DNA of 64,000 nucleotides from Octopus bimaculoides (GCF_001194135.2 NC_068989.1:56370089-56434088), one strand, 5' to 3'. Counted from the stretch's first letter, positions 1 through 13,272 are shown. Numbers and translations: made by a program. The notes: generated by a model not told the origin, from the sequence alone.

Positions 1-1319
1 AATTTGTCCCCCCCCCACATCACCGCTTGACAACTGGTGTTGGTGTATTTATGTCCCTGTAACTTAGCAATTTGGCAAAAGAGACCGATAGAATAAGTAC
101 TAGATTTACAAAGAATAAATCCTGAGGTCAATTTCCTCGACTAAAACCCTTTAAGGCAGTGCTCCAGCATGGCTACAGTCATATGACTGAAACAAGTAAT
201 AGNNNNNNNNNNNNNNNNNNNNNNNNNNNNNNNNNNNNNNNNNNNNNNNNNNNNNNNNNNNNNNNNNNNNNATATATTGATAAAATTAATATCAGACTTA
301 AAATAAGTATTGGAATCAATCTGATCAATTAAAAAAAAAACCTTCAAGGTGGTGCTCCAGCATGGCCTAAGTGCAATGACTGAAACAAGACAATCATCAT
401 CATCGTTTAACGTCCGCTTTCCATGCTAGCATGGGTTGGACGATTTGACTGAGGACTGGTGAAACCAGATGGCAACACCAGGCTCCAATTACACATATAT
501 ATAAACATACACCTTATCTTTATCACTCATACCCCTGTTACTCATCTTTTTCTCATTCTCTCCTCTTCTCACTTTACTATGTTTAATGGTTAGTATGACT
601 AAGGATAGGAGCGGAGATCTGCTCGTACTAGATTACTTCCAGTGTGACTTGGGGATACCAACAACGCATGTGGCCCTCACTCCAACAATCTATACCTCCT
701 TCTCGCACCCTTATCACCCTAGCTCTGTTATCCATTCTGAGGTAGACATGCGTAAGGGACCGCATTAGATGTATGTGTACCTCATTAGCTTTACCTATAC
801 TCCTTTTGACCATTTCATATGCGCATCCATCATTGTCTCTCACCATTTATTCATCTCTTGCTAGCTGTGCTGGCACTATAATAAACTACACCCAATAGAC
901 TCAGCTCAGTGTGGCACTGGAAGGTCTTTTTAGTCTTGTCAAAGATGCGTAAATCTCTATAGTACTGAGGCCATGAAAAAGAGCACCCCGTACTCCTTGT
1001 ACACAACAAATTGGTTGATGTTACGAAGTGCATCCTACTATAAAAACCAGGTCGAAAATGAAACAAACTAAAATATGGTTCTCCAATCAAAGAAAGCAGC
1101 AATGATCTGTTTTACCTATACCAGCATGGAAAATGGATGCAAAATGAATATGATGATGATGATGTTTTATGCTTATTATATAAACTTGCATATGATATAT
1201 GTGTGTGTGTGTGTGTGTATGCATATATACACTATTGCACCTGCATATATATGCACTATATATATATAACACATATATATACAGATTATTTATACATATA
1301 TTAGACACGTGTGTATATG

Positions 1320-1358
<39 letters not shown>

Positions 1359-1539
1359 TCATAATATATACATACATATACACACACCCACGTGTGTGTG
1401 TACGCATGTATTAGTGTGTGTTTAAAGGCTAATATGCGATAGTATATTATCTATTGATAGATAAATATTAACACATTGTTGTGTATCTGTAGGTTAGTCC
1501 TAGCGGAGCAAACCTATCATCAAATGCTTTCTATCCGTG

Positions 1540-2720
1540 ACCATCTCATCGTTTTTTTTTTTCCGTATAGGGAACCCAGACTGTCGTTATCGAACACGTC
1601 CTTTTTTTTATGTAAGACTATGGGGTTCATGTGACCGCACTTGTCGTGTTTTGGAGATGTTCAGTGCTGGTATTTTAGGTAAAATTCTTACCTATATCTC
1701 AAATAACAGACATATATATATTATTCTATATGTGCACACGTACATAGTGGGGAATCGAAATTGAATAAGAAAGTACCTGCAAATCTATAATGTTTGATTA
1801 CAAGGTTTCTTAATGCTTGTTAATAAAATCTCTGAAGAAGAGAATTACATTTCGAAGGCATTTCATAAACAAAGAGAGCTTCAATAAGAACGAAAGCAAC
1901 AAAATCGAAATTCCTCTAAAAGGTAAAATTGAGAATTGGTATTTCTCGAAATTTGCAATGAGAGTACAAAATGAGTGAAGAAAAAAATGAATTTATCTGG
2001 AAAGCCTTGTTTGAGTTTGGTCATTCCAAATTGAGGAATTTGTTCCAAGAGTTCGCACCCTATGATTTTAAATTCTGAGAATGGATCACTTACCTTTTTT
2101 AAGAGTCATAGCTGTAGTAAGCTTGTAGAAAACATGAAGTCGGATAGATGACGCGAGGACACAATATTTTCTATGAATGGAGAAATCCTACTGCTATACG
2201 CTCGTGCTCGCACTTTCTTTCTCACTCTTAGTCTCCCTTCCCCTCCTCCTTCTGCTCTCTCTAATCTATTTCCTCCTACCTCTACTCCTATCTTGATCTT
2301 CTTACTATGTATGTATCTTTGCGTATGTGTATACACGCGCGCACCTACATACCGTTTGTTTGCGTATACGTTCGTGTACATGTACGTATGCATGTGTGTG
2401 CGCACGTGCGTGCGTATATGTGTGTATGTGCTTGTTTGCTTCGTCTGTTAATATAGCTTCTGTGCACGCTTACACATACATGTATTTATTGAAGTTAGCA
2501 TCACAATATTATAGCAGCTGCTTTGAGGCGAAGGGAGAGAAAGAGTACGTATGTGTACATATGCATGTATGTGTGTGTGTATGTATGTGACTAGAGTAGA
2601 ACAGTTACAAGCTTTTCTCTACGTTAGTCAGCTCTGAATCGTGCGCAAAATGTTTTAATGTGAATCTCATTTTCGAGAGTAACTAAAGGATTATTACAAA
2701 CGTATAATATTCCATTACGT
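1540..2720. promoter_or_regulatory. CpG-retaining, promoter-like block
   Basis: Many CpGs by eye (acgcgagg, cgctcgtgctcgc, cacgcgcgc, gtgcgcacgtgcgtgcg), unlike the CpG-poor flanks. It contains the candidate first exon and a pyrimidine-rich tract at 2215-2300. Confidence 0.35.
2094..2109 (-). CDS. Putative first coding exon (ATG ACT CTT AAA AAA G|gtaagt) of an unidentified gene running off the left edge
   Basis: Consensus donor AAG|GTAAGT immediately after an in-frame ATG (cagctATG), inside a CpG-retaining block. No downstream exon was identified in the window. Confidence 0.35.
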
Positions 2721-3704
2721 CTCCCCCATATGTGTGTTGCGTTTTCCCCTTGCACGCATCTTGTTTTATTTTGTAAATATAGAAAATAATAAATGCTTCA
2801 ACAAGAAGAAATAATATAATAATAACAATGTTTTGTTTATTTATATTTTTATAATAATGATGAAGATTATTTTTAGATGATGGTGATTATTGTTATATTT
2901 TCTTATTACAAAGCGAAGATTTGGTGGTGGGAAATATGCATGCGAATGTTTGTATTTGTAAAGCAAAGAACAATCGCTGGTGATGTTTTCTCTTCAGTGT
3001 TTCTCTGATGTTATTGTTCCAGCAACCAAGACTAACCCTACCTTTTGCGCTAATGGACATCTCATGTTTCGTAGTTGTTATTGTTTTGCTCCACTCATTT
3101 AAAGTCAAATTGAAATACCAACGATCAAAGGCAGTCCATCTTGTCGTTGTAATACTATGTAGGACCTCATTATTCAATGTGTTCTTTCATTCCCCACCGC
3201 CATTGTACGGTAGGGCATGATATGAATGAGATTTAGCTGCTGTTTCTAGCGACTACAGAGAGGCTCTTAACGTTGGCTCGTTGCCTGATGGTTATGGCTA
3301 CATGTGACTGAGGTACACCTCCTCCCCCTTGTCGTTAGATCAGTGAGGAAAATAAAAGAAAGAACTTCAGCAATGTGGTAGAAATAACTGCATCACTGAC
3401 TACTTGAGCCTACATAAACAATAACCCGTGATAAGAGAAAACACAGGCACAAAAAAGAGGAAGTGTGGTGCAAACACAGTCGTAAATATATTAGACAAGA
3501 GGGACTGCTATAAAGGTCATTGGCACTGCTCCTCCTCTTCTCGTGAATAACTTATATAACAACAACAACAATAATAATAATAATAATAATAATGTATGCA
3601 GGCCCCTGATTTAACATTCTCGTTACACTAAAAAAGTGTTAGTGCTGTGAACCTTTTTCGTAAATTATTTATTTGCCACAGAGCGAGAGAGAAAGGTGGG
3701 GGTC

Positions 3705-4192
3705 CCTTAAATGGAGACGGGTCAACGTCCGAGATAATTCTTTGTAGTTCCTCATTATATAGAAGCCAAACCGTTGCCAAATTATACCCAACCGTCATGA
3801 AAAAGCGGACACGTCAATATTCTGTAGTTATAGCTGCAAAATACCCGAGGGAATGACGGAATGGTCACCACTGGAATGTCCCGTTGATCATAGATACCTG
3901 TTCGTTCAAAGCTGATCTGGGTATAAACAACAGCTATGTAGGATGCAAAACTCGTTAAAGCTGTCTTCCTTAAATGGAGACGGGTCAACGTCCGAGATAA
4001 TTCTTTGTAGTTCCTCATTATATAGAAGCCAAACCGTTGCCAAATTATACCCAACCGTCATGAAAAAGCGGACACGTCAATATTCTGTAGTCATAGCTGC
4101 AAAATACCCGAGGGAATGACGGAATGGTCACCACTGGAATGTCCCGTTGATCATAGATACCTGTTCGTTCAAAGCTGATCTGGGTATAAACA
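3705..4192. repeat. 263-bp direct tandem duplication (about 1.85 copies) running into an N-gap
   Basis: ccttaaatggagacgggtcaacg... starts at both 3705 and 3968. The copies are near-identical and the second ends at the gap at 4193. Confidence 0.9.
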
Positions 4193-4608
4193 NNNNNNNN
4201 NNNNNNNNNNNNNNNNNNNNNNNNNNNNNNNNNNNNNNNNNNNNNNNNNNNNNNNNNNNNNNNNNNNNNNNNNNNNNNNNNNNNNNNNNNNNNNNNNNNN
4301 NNNNNNNNNNNNNNNNNNNNNNNNNNNNNNNNNNNNNNNNNNNNNNNNNNNNNNNNNNNNNNNNNNNNNNNNNNNNNNNNNNNNNNNNNNNNNNNNNNNN
4401 NNNNNNNNNNNNNNNNNNNNNNNNNNNNNNNNNNNNNNNNNNNNNNNNNNNNNNNNNNNNNNNNNNNNNNNNNNNNNNNNNNNNNNNNNNNNNNNNNNNN
4501 NNNNNNNNNNNNNNNNNNNNNNNNNNNNNNTGATCGTAGGTCAGCGTGATCATAACAACCCAGGGAATAAACAACAATAATATTATGAAATCGATATATA
4601 GGCTTACC

Positions 4609-4876
4609 CAGTGGCGGACTGACCAGATTGCCAACTTACCCGATGGCAAGTGGGCCCATGTTAGTATCGAAGGGGCCCATCCCCTTAAGTTTAAGAATTT
4701 TCTATTCACTCCTGGAAGAAAGCATTAATTATTTCAGCGTGGCTGTGTTTGTAGATAGTTGAAAAGAATACTTTCAAAAAAAAATAAATAAATAAAATAA
4801 AATGATAGCATTGTAGTTGCGGGTGGACCCCCTTAGTCTCCTAGCAACCAATATTTTTAGACCCCGTACGCCACTG
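4609..4876. mobile_element. hAT-type MITE (CAGTGGCG TIRs, 8-bp TSD)
   Basis: cagtggcggac ... gtacgccactg. Flanks are ggcttacc and ggcatacc (7/8 match). Confidence 0.8.
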
Positions 4877-4899
4877 GGCATACCTATAACAATTGCGCT

Positions 4900-5190
4900 T
4901 CCTACACACGCTGACTTTGTTTCTTCATAGCTTTCAGAAAAATGGATATTTTTTTATGAAATTTTCTACAAATACCTCTCATGTAGTGTTGATTCTGATA
5001 AGATCAGAATTTATTATGAAAAAAAAAATTTCAAAGTAGGAAAGGGAGTTTGAGAAAATTCACACAAGTCGACTTTGTTTCCTCATAACTTCCAGAAAAA
5101 AAGTGTAATTTTAATGAAATTTTCAACAAATACTTTTCAGATGGAGAAGATTACGATTATATGAGAATTTTTTATGAAAAAGTATTTCAG
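4900..5190. repeat. Two diverged ~158-bp units (gactttgtttc.tcata.ctt.cagaaaaa...), probably the internal repeat of a non-autonomous element
   Basis: Unit starts at 4913 and 5071. Confidence 0.55.
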
Positions 5191-5429
5191 TGTACCTATA
5201 AAGGGTCATTAAATTGGAGATTTATGTTTGTCCTGAGCGAATGCCATTTGGGTTGGAAAGTTGTAAAATGTAAAGGCAGCTTATTTGTGATGTGGTTTAA
5301 TGAAAGGAAATGATTTCAAACAAGAACCAAAACCAGGATGTGGATTTGATTCTTGTATAAGAAACACTTATTTAGTAACAAAATGTGAAACCTAGTAAAG
5401 GTCACTAGTTATATAACCCTTTACAATGA

Positions 5430-5713
5430 ATTTTCATACTTTTTCATCTACCAAATTCCATTAAAATATTCAAATCACACTGAGGTCGACTTTGCATTTT
5501 GTCCTTTCATGGTTGATAAAATAAGCACCAGTTTTTAGCACTGGGGTTGGTGTAATCGGCTTTCATCTTTTTTGGAGATGCCTTTTATCCTTTTATCCTT
5601 TCGGGGTCAATAAATTAAGTGCCAGTGAAACACTGGGGCCGATGTAACCAACTTGTCCTCTCCCCCGAAATTTCAGGCCTTGTGCCTTTAGTAGAAAGGA
5701 TGATTAATATTAA

Positions 5714-5766
<53 letters not shown>

Positions 5767-6690
5767 CATTATCAGTAGTAGTAGTAGCAGCAGCAGCAAG
5801 CAAGCAGAACTGTTAGGATGTCAAGTAAAATCCTGTGCAGCATTTCTTCCAACTCATTACATTCTGAGTTCAAATCCCATCAAGGTCAACTTTGCCTTTC
5901 ATCCTTTCGTGATCAGTAAAACAAGTACCGGTAAGAACTTAAGCCAATATAACCAACTAACCCAGTGGTTCTCAACCAGGGTCCATATGACCCTTGAGGG
6001 TCCCTATAAGATTTTGTTGTTAAAATATATCGGCAATAAATTGGTTATACTTCTACAGTACACAAAATATTTTAGCAATTTTGTTTACTACAATTCCTAA
6101 TAATATTTAATTATAAAAATCTAAAATTTTTTAAACATTGAACGGCTATGAGAGTCCATCTGCATAAATTGGGAATCAAAAGGAGCAATAAGTAAAAAAC
6201 GGTTGAGAAACGCTGGGCTAACCCTTCCCACTAAAATTGCCTCAGTGGCAAGCTGGTAGAATTGTTAACATGCTGGACAAAATGCTTAGCAGTATTGCTT
6301 CCAGCTATTTATGTTTTGAGTTCAAATACCTCTGAGGTCAATTTTGCTTTTCTTCCCTTCAGGGTCAATAAAATAAGTACTAGTGAAGTATTGGGGTTGA
6401 TGTTGTCAATTAATGCCTCCCTTTAAAATTAGTGGTCTTGTGCCAAAATTTGAAATAATTATTATTATTGTTGGTGAGCTGACAGAATCATTAGAGCATC
6501 AAATACAATGCCATGTGATATTTCTTCTGGCTCTTTATGTCATGTTCAAATCCTACCAAAGCCAGTTTAGCATTTCATTTTTTGAAGGATTGATAAAACA
6601 CCAGATAAGAACTGAGATTTGTGTTATTGAGTTACTCTACCTCTTCAAAATTGCTGGTTTTGTGCCTAAATTAGAAACCATTTCTTTTAT
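5430..6690 (+). mobile_element. Cluster of about 5 degraded tRNA-derived SINE copies ((ATT)n-tailed family)
   Basis: Repeated ctgagttcaaat..cc...gaggtc.actttgcctttcatcctttc.gggtc.ataaa.taagtac core, A/B-box-like head and attatt tails (long (ATT)n at 5700-5765). Confidence 0.75.
5963..6215. mobile_element. hAT-Charlie-like MITE inserted in a SINE
   Basis: TIRs cagtggttctcaacc and ggttgagaaacgctg. 8-bp flanks aactaacc and ggctaacc. Confidence 0.75.
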
Positions 6691-9036
6691 TAGATTGGTC
6701 TGATGATCTCACAAATCCTTTGAGACTGAAGAAACTTGCTCAAAGTGCTCTCCCCTAGGAATGAACCTGAAACTCCGTGGTTATTGAGCAAGCTTCATAA
6801 CGACAAGTTCATGCTGCTGCCTGCCACTAAAAGAAAAAGAACAACAAGCACGTTGGGCAAGTATCTTCTACCAAAGCCTTGGACCAACCAAAGCTTTGTG
6901 AGTGGATTTAGTAGACGGAAACTGAAAGAAACTCGTGTTTATGTATATAAATATATATATATAGCTACATACAATGTGTGTCTGTTTGTTCCCCACCACC
7001 ACCTGACAACCGATGTTGGTGTGTCTATATCCCCCTGTCTTAACAGTTCAGCAAAAAGAGACCAATGGAATAAGTACCAGACTTATATCCACTCAAATTA
7101 CATACATTTCTTTTTATAAAGGGCATGTCAGATAACATAATCCAATGTATATTACTGCTGAAAATAATAAAAATAGGCTGGTTTTGAGTAGAATGCTTTT
7201 GATCTTAAATCCACTCAATGAAGAAACTGAATTGGGCTGAGCAATTATGTATTTGGACAGGTCAGATAGATGATGATGTACAGAGTAATGTATGCAAAAC
7301 AATTCTTAATGAATTGAAATAGGCCTTTCAATTCAAAAACCTAACAGTAAATGTTAGCAGCTTGCAAAAGGAAGCGGGTATAATTTGAAGAAATTAAGAA
7401 TTCATTTCAAAGAAAACAGTGACAACAGTTATTTAACCCTGAGTCATCCCTGACCAAAAGTGCTCAATCTTTGACCATCTTGTCTTTCTTCAAATGCAGT
7501 ATCTCAAGGACATCATTATTCAATGTCACTTTTTTTAAAAAGCACTGTTGGATGTGATTTGAGAAAGATTTAGTTGTTATTTCTAGCAGGCTGAGCAACC
7601 AGAGAGATCTTCCTCATTGGCTTATGCTTCCGAAAGATAGAGACAAATGATACATCTCATAATGTCCTCTATATTCGTGACTTAGTCAGAGGTGGATTAG
7701 TAGTATCTATTACCAATTCCTAGCAACAGAGTCTACTCTGCTCTCTGCTAAAGACATCCTAAGACCAGGTAAGGATGTTAAACAGGTAACAGATTAAGTC
7801 TAACAGCCAAAATTTACCCCACTATACTTAACCCTTTTGATACTGACCTGCCCCTGATTCTAAAGTATTTCTGGTTTCCAGGTTACAATAAATTGCAGTA
7901 AATCTGTTACCATATCGATACATTTAGAAAATAAAATTCATTTGACAGTATGAGCAAGTTGATTTTAGCTGTTTCACTAAAGATTATAACGAAGAAAGAT
8001 AATATTTTCTCTTTTACTTTAGATGATTTCCAGACTTACAAAATCTTATCTATCTTTTCAAAATTATCAATGCGCATGTGCATAGTGTGTGTGCGTGTGC
8101 ATGTGTGTGTGTGTGTGCATGTGTGTGTGTGGTTTGTGAGTACTGAAACACCTGCTCAGTCAACTTATCTGAGATCATATACACTAAAACAACAGTTATG
8201 TACATACACAATCAGATGTATGCACACACACACACACACTCTCTCTCTCTCTCTCTTTCACACACACACTCTCTCTCTCTCTCTTTCACACACACACACT
8301 CACAACACGGACACATGCACTAGTGTGGGAGAAAAGCAGGGGGTACATACAAATTCATTAGTACACATATACAAGATAGCTAGTTGTAAAACTTTGATCA
8401 ACTGAGATAACCATTGCAATTAAAAAATAAATACTCCTACCAAATGTATATAAGTCCAATAAGATCAAAATTTATGGACAATATACACTGGAGATGAATT
8501 CATCTTGGAAGCCAACTAATGAAAGTAACAGACATGTTTTAATCCCCGAGACATGCTTAATCCAGCCTCACTTCTTCCCAGTCTGTTTCTCTTCAGAGAT
8601 ATCTTCCATATTTAATGTCCGTTTCTCATCACTGTGAAACATAACACTTCTTAGGCCTTACATGCTTTATGCACTTAACTTTTTCAAACCAGAAAGAGAG
8701 AACTTCTTGTTGCCAAATTAGGCAACTGTTCCTTTGAACTTGTTCTGCTCTACAAATTAGTCTGGCTTATGTTTCACTATGACTACATACAGCAAATAAT
8801 TAGATCACCTAGGTTACATAAACAATGTAACAGTTATGTGTAATATATAGGTCATCAAATGTAAGGGTTATGATATAACAAGTAAGTGAGGTCACCAAAT
8901 GTAATGGTATAAGTGCAACAGGTAGACTGTGGTAGGTTAAGGTGTGGCATAGTGGGGTTGTTGCAAGTTAACGAAAAGGTTAATCAAGTAAAAGCAGTTG
9001 CACAGTTATTCATTTCTGATTACACTGAAACAGTGT

Positions 9037-10900
9037 CTGGTCAATTCGTTGATGGCAATTTGTCATTGTTTAATTTGTCCCCAGTCAATTCATCGTTGGT
9101 CAGTTTGTTCCCAGGTCAATTTGTTGTCAGTCAGTTCATCGAGATCATAGGGAAAATGGAAGAATGAATATCTGAATTAAAAACGTGTATTTTAAGGTTT
9201 GCTGTATTACATGTTTATTTTTTCTTAAAAGTTAAGATTGTGTGCAATTGCTTTTAGAGAAATAATTTTCTGGCTTGGATCATATTTTTCCATGACATTT
9301 TTTATACGCAGGTTCATATCTCTGTATTTTTTTTTTGGCTTGGTTCTTCTCCTTGCATAAACTTCTGCAATTTGATTGTGGCAAACCTTTCTTCACATTT
9401 AATCACATCAATAAGTTTCCAAATATTTGGATGACTAATATTCACTGAGTTTTTCAGCGTGCTGTGTTAGGCTTCTAAACGATTTGTAGTACAAGCAATC
9501 CCTGTCATTCAGAGATCCCAAACATTCCATACAGTTAGTTGAAATGGAGGTTCAAGGCATTGCCTCCTCTGACCTCTTCCTCTAGGTGGTCCTATATAAT
9601 TCTTTTTAAAACAGGATACAATTGATTGTGGAATATCATCATCATCTACAAGTTGTTCATATCCATCTACAACATCATCAATGGGCAGGAAGGCAAGGGC
9701 AACAAAACACTGCATTTTTAGACTAAAACTGTCATCTTCATGATATCTGCATTTTAGTCTTTCTTGAACAATATGCTTGTATACATTTTGTCCTAAATGA
9801 AACAAGCAGCATGCCAAATTTGACCCAGGAAACGATTCCAGAAATCCATTATGAGCTACTTTTCTGAAATCCATAATTATATTACCAGGTTCCTCATTCT
9901 GCAGTAATTCATTTATTTTGGCAAAACGTCTACTATATGTGTCTTGACTTTTGTCAGAAAGCAATGCAAACAATCATGAGGCATTAAAATTATCAATTCA
10001 AATGTGAAGTGTATATAACTGAAAAAATATACTAGAGCAGCACTTGAATGTTCCAACTCCGCCCAGTTCTTGTGCTGTTTTAACTGTTGACATGCTTCAT
10101 TTGCAAATATTAGTATTTATTTTGAATCTTTCATCCCACTAGAGTATTCACTTGGAATGGAACACCCAACATTTGTAAGTGGGGTGGCAGGATAGTTGGA
10201 ATCAGCTTGCCTCCAACATCTAATATTCCTATTAAGCTGTGCAAACGGAGGTATTTGTGACTATGTACAGTCATTTAAATTCAGAATTTCACTAGTGATA
10301 ATTGAGTGAGGGGCATCACGAAATGAAATAGACCTTACTTTAATATTTGAAACTATTATCCTTGCATTTACCTCTGCAGCAGTTGAAGTGTGATTATGGA
10401 TCCCAATCTTCTTAAGCTCTTTATAATTTTCATCTGTATGAAGTCTCGCCTTGCACACACAATTTTCGCACCTCCATTATATCTTCAATCCATCTGCATT
10501 CTGCTTATTTTTTGTGCATATATAATTTTCTTGATCGACCGCTTTGATTTTTCCTTTCTCTGAAGTTATGATCTTGCAAGTAATCATGTTGATGGGTAGG
10601 CATATTGAATAAGTTTAATTCAATTTGCTTCAAAACCTTTGTTGGTAAATTGTTAAACTATTCAGTAGCGATAAGAGAGAGGGGGGGGGGTTAAAGAAAG
10701 GGAAAAAAATATCTAAAACTGTCCAACAACAATTTTAATTCTAAAGTGATTGTTCTAAACTTTCCCTTGAAAATCACATTTAACAGTGTTTGGGGATGAT
10801 TTGGCCAGTGACGAATTGATCTGGGGATGAATTGATCAACAACGAATTGATCAGGGACAAATTCACTGACGACGAAATAACCAGGGACGAATTGTCCTAG
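9037..10900 (-). mobile_element. Mutator-like (MULE) DNA transposon, degenerate, with long repeat-built TIRs
   Basis: About 110-bp inverted ends made of repeated GACGAATTGA(T/C)C-like motifs enclose a broken transposase. No clear TSD. Confidence 0.85.
9250..10587 (-). pseudogene. MULE transposase pseudogene (FLYWCH-type N-terminus plus MULE domain)
   Basis: Fragments WRCENCVCKARLHT, IIMDF, CCLFHLGQNVYKH, FVALAFLP..DV and HPNIWKLI are separated by frameshifts and stops. Confidence 0.85.
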
Positions 10901-11130
10901 TAGCATTGAAACAAATTAACACAAGAAGTTGGAAGTAAATACAAATGTTAATCAGTTTTGATAGAGAACTTCTTGTGGTTGTAGAGGTCTGCTACTTAAT
11001 TGATGTGAAACTTATACAAGATTGCCGTTTATGACAAATTAACTATCTGCCAGTGTCTGAGGAAAAGAGAGAGAGGTTAACTCTCTAAAAACTGATAAGA
11101 AAAGAGAATGTGCTTTTACAAGTATCTCAA

Positions 11131-12318
11131 TATGTAGTTGTGCTGAAATTGAACTGGGTCAATAACAATGGTTAATAACAATTGTATGAGCTAAGTTGAA
11201 CTCTGTCTCATCTAAGCAGATCGCAAACTTGAGAGGTGACACAAATAAATTCTCTAAGTGCAGATTCTGATAACAATGAACAAAAGAATGAAGGCCCAAG
11301 ACCCAAGTCCCAAAGAGTTAGAAGTTGCTGATGGGGATCCAACATCAGCAGCTGAACACAAAATACATGCTCAGAGTCCTAATACCATCAGAACACATGA
11401 CTTTGTTCAAAAAGTCCAAGAAATAATGAATAAAAACTCCAGAAAGTACATCAGATCCATTGCAAAGGACCTAAAGGTCCTTTGCACCATCAAAACAGTT
11501 GTGCATAAAGACATCTGGTATGAGTCGTATGTGATGTTGAGGGGTCAGTTTTTGTCAGATGTGTCAAGAAAGAATTGTTCTGTCCAAGCAAAGTGTTTAC
11601 TATACAAGTTAAAACACCAAGAGGCTGAAATACTTTGGTTTTTCTCTGATGAGACAAACTTTGATCAGAGAGCTGAGAGCCATATGAGGTTCCAACAGTC
11701 ATGCATACTAAGTTCCCAGTAACTGGGATGGTTCTGAGAATTATCAGCAACAAGGAAAATGTCATGCCTCCCCACTTTTATCTTCACAGAGCTTAAGAAT
11801 CAATGCAACTGTCTATTCAGAGGTGTTGGAGAAAGTTGTGAGGCCCTGAATAGACAGAGTATGCAATGGAAGACTACATCTTCCAATAAGACTCTGTGCC
11901 ATTTCATTAGACTAGGACAACTCAAGAGTGAATATGTGCCAATCTCCAAGATCATGTTCTCTCAGATACATGGTCTCCTAGCTCACCATAGCTCAATGCA
12001 CTGGACTATTATATATGGGGTATAGTCAGGAAAGAGATCAATCAACACCTCCATTGCATCATACACTCTCTCAAGTCCACCATAACCAGCATTATGTCCA
12101 AAATTGATAAAGATCATCTGGTTCAGGCATGCCAACACTTTCAACTCCATATTAAAGCAGCTATTGATGTTAATGATGGATCCATTGAATTAGTATGATA
12201 AAAAAATTCTCAGGAAATTTTTTACCAATTTGTTTTCAAATACAGCTTTTCTTTTGTGAACAATGCATCTTTTTTCTAAATTCATACAAATGACCTAAAA
12301 GAACTAACACACCCTATA
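11131..12318 (+). mobile_element. Tc1/mariner relic, maT/DD37D-like, frameshifted
   Basis: LWFFSDETNFDQ, HTKFP-like, GHVMPP-like and terminal GSIE* fragments. TIRs are weak and degenerate. Confidence 0.75.
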
Positions 12319-12779
12319 TATGCAAGGCATGGATGTTTAATTCTTTGAATCTTTACATAACTTTGTATCCATGAACAGCATCTACATGTGAACATGCGAC
12401 TACAAAATTATTCAACCGACAGGGACACCTCTATACTGTTGGTGAACCTGCTAGAAACAGCAGCTAAATCTCTCTTAAATTTCACATCTTCCTATCTAAT
12501 AAAAAAAAGTAGGGAAGAAATATTGAGTTATGTAGTACTAAATGCATAATGTCTGAACTAGATATGGGTGGAATGCCTTTGATCTGACCTGATTTGAGCG
12601 AAAAGAGAAAAATATTATGCATGGTTACTTATTTTTGTAGCAATGCTCAAACAGAACATATACACACCTGATTAGAGAACATAGGAATATAAAAATGCAT
12701 TACATTAATTTCAAATGAGAGATTCTATTCTGAAGAAGAAAAAAACGAAGGCAAAGAGAAATTCATTCTAGATTCTGTG

Positions 12780-12913
12780 TGTTTAGTGAACAACAAATTA
12801 TGTAACAATGAAATTTGAATCTAGTAGCATGACTAACTGAATGTCTTCTTCACCACCACCCTCTCACCATTTGATGAACAATAAGCTATATAACAATCAA
12901 ATAAATGGTATTA

Positions 12914-12951
<38 letters not shown>

Positions 12952-13200
12952 TTGGTGAACAACAGACTATAGAACAATCAAACTGAACCTAATGGTAAGA
13001 CTGTATCTATCTGCGGTCACCCCACTTTCTTTCTCTACAGTTGGTGAACAACAGACTACACAGCATTGAAATGGAATCTACTGGTGTGACTGTACACCTA
13101 TCTGCCCACACCTTCTCCTCTCTACATTTGTTCAACAACAAACTGTATGACAATCAAATTGAAACTAATGGTGTGATTGTATCTATACCTATTGTATCTC
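12780..13200 (+). repeat. Degenerate ~87-89-bp minisatellite, about 5 units
   Basis: Unit ttggtgaacaacagactat..acaatcaaa.tgaa.ctaatggt..gactgtatctat recurs at about 12785, 12873, 12952, 13041 and 13128. Confidence 0.75.
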
Positions 13201-13272
13201 TCTCTCTCTTTCTCCCTCCCTCTCTTTCTCTCTCTCTCTCCACATTTGTATATGTATATATATATATATATT

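Noticed and set aside
1087-1414. YIYI/CVCV/HTHT ORFs here and at 2100-2590, 48160-48800 and 49147-49687
   Set aside because: Artefacts of (TA)n/(CA)n microsatellites and N-runs.
7724-7768. 45-nt phase-1/1 micro-exon candidate (cctag|...|gtaagg, TESTLLSAKDILRP)
   Set aside because: The splice sites are plausible, but there is no recognisable homology or partner exon, and such matches arise by chance in 64 kb.
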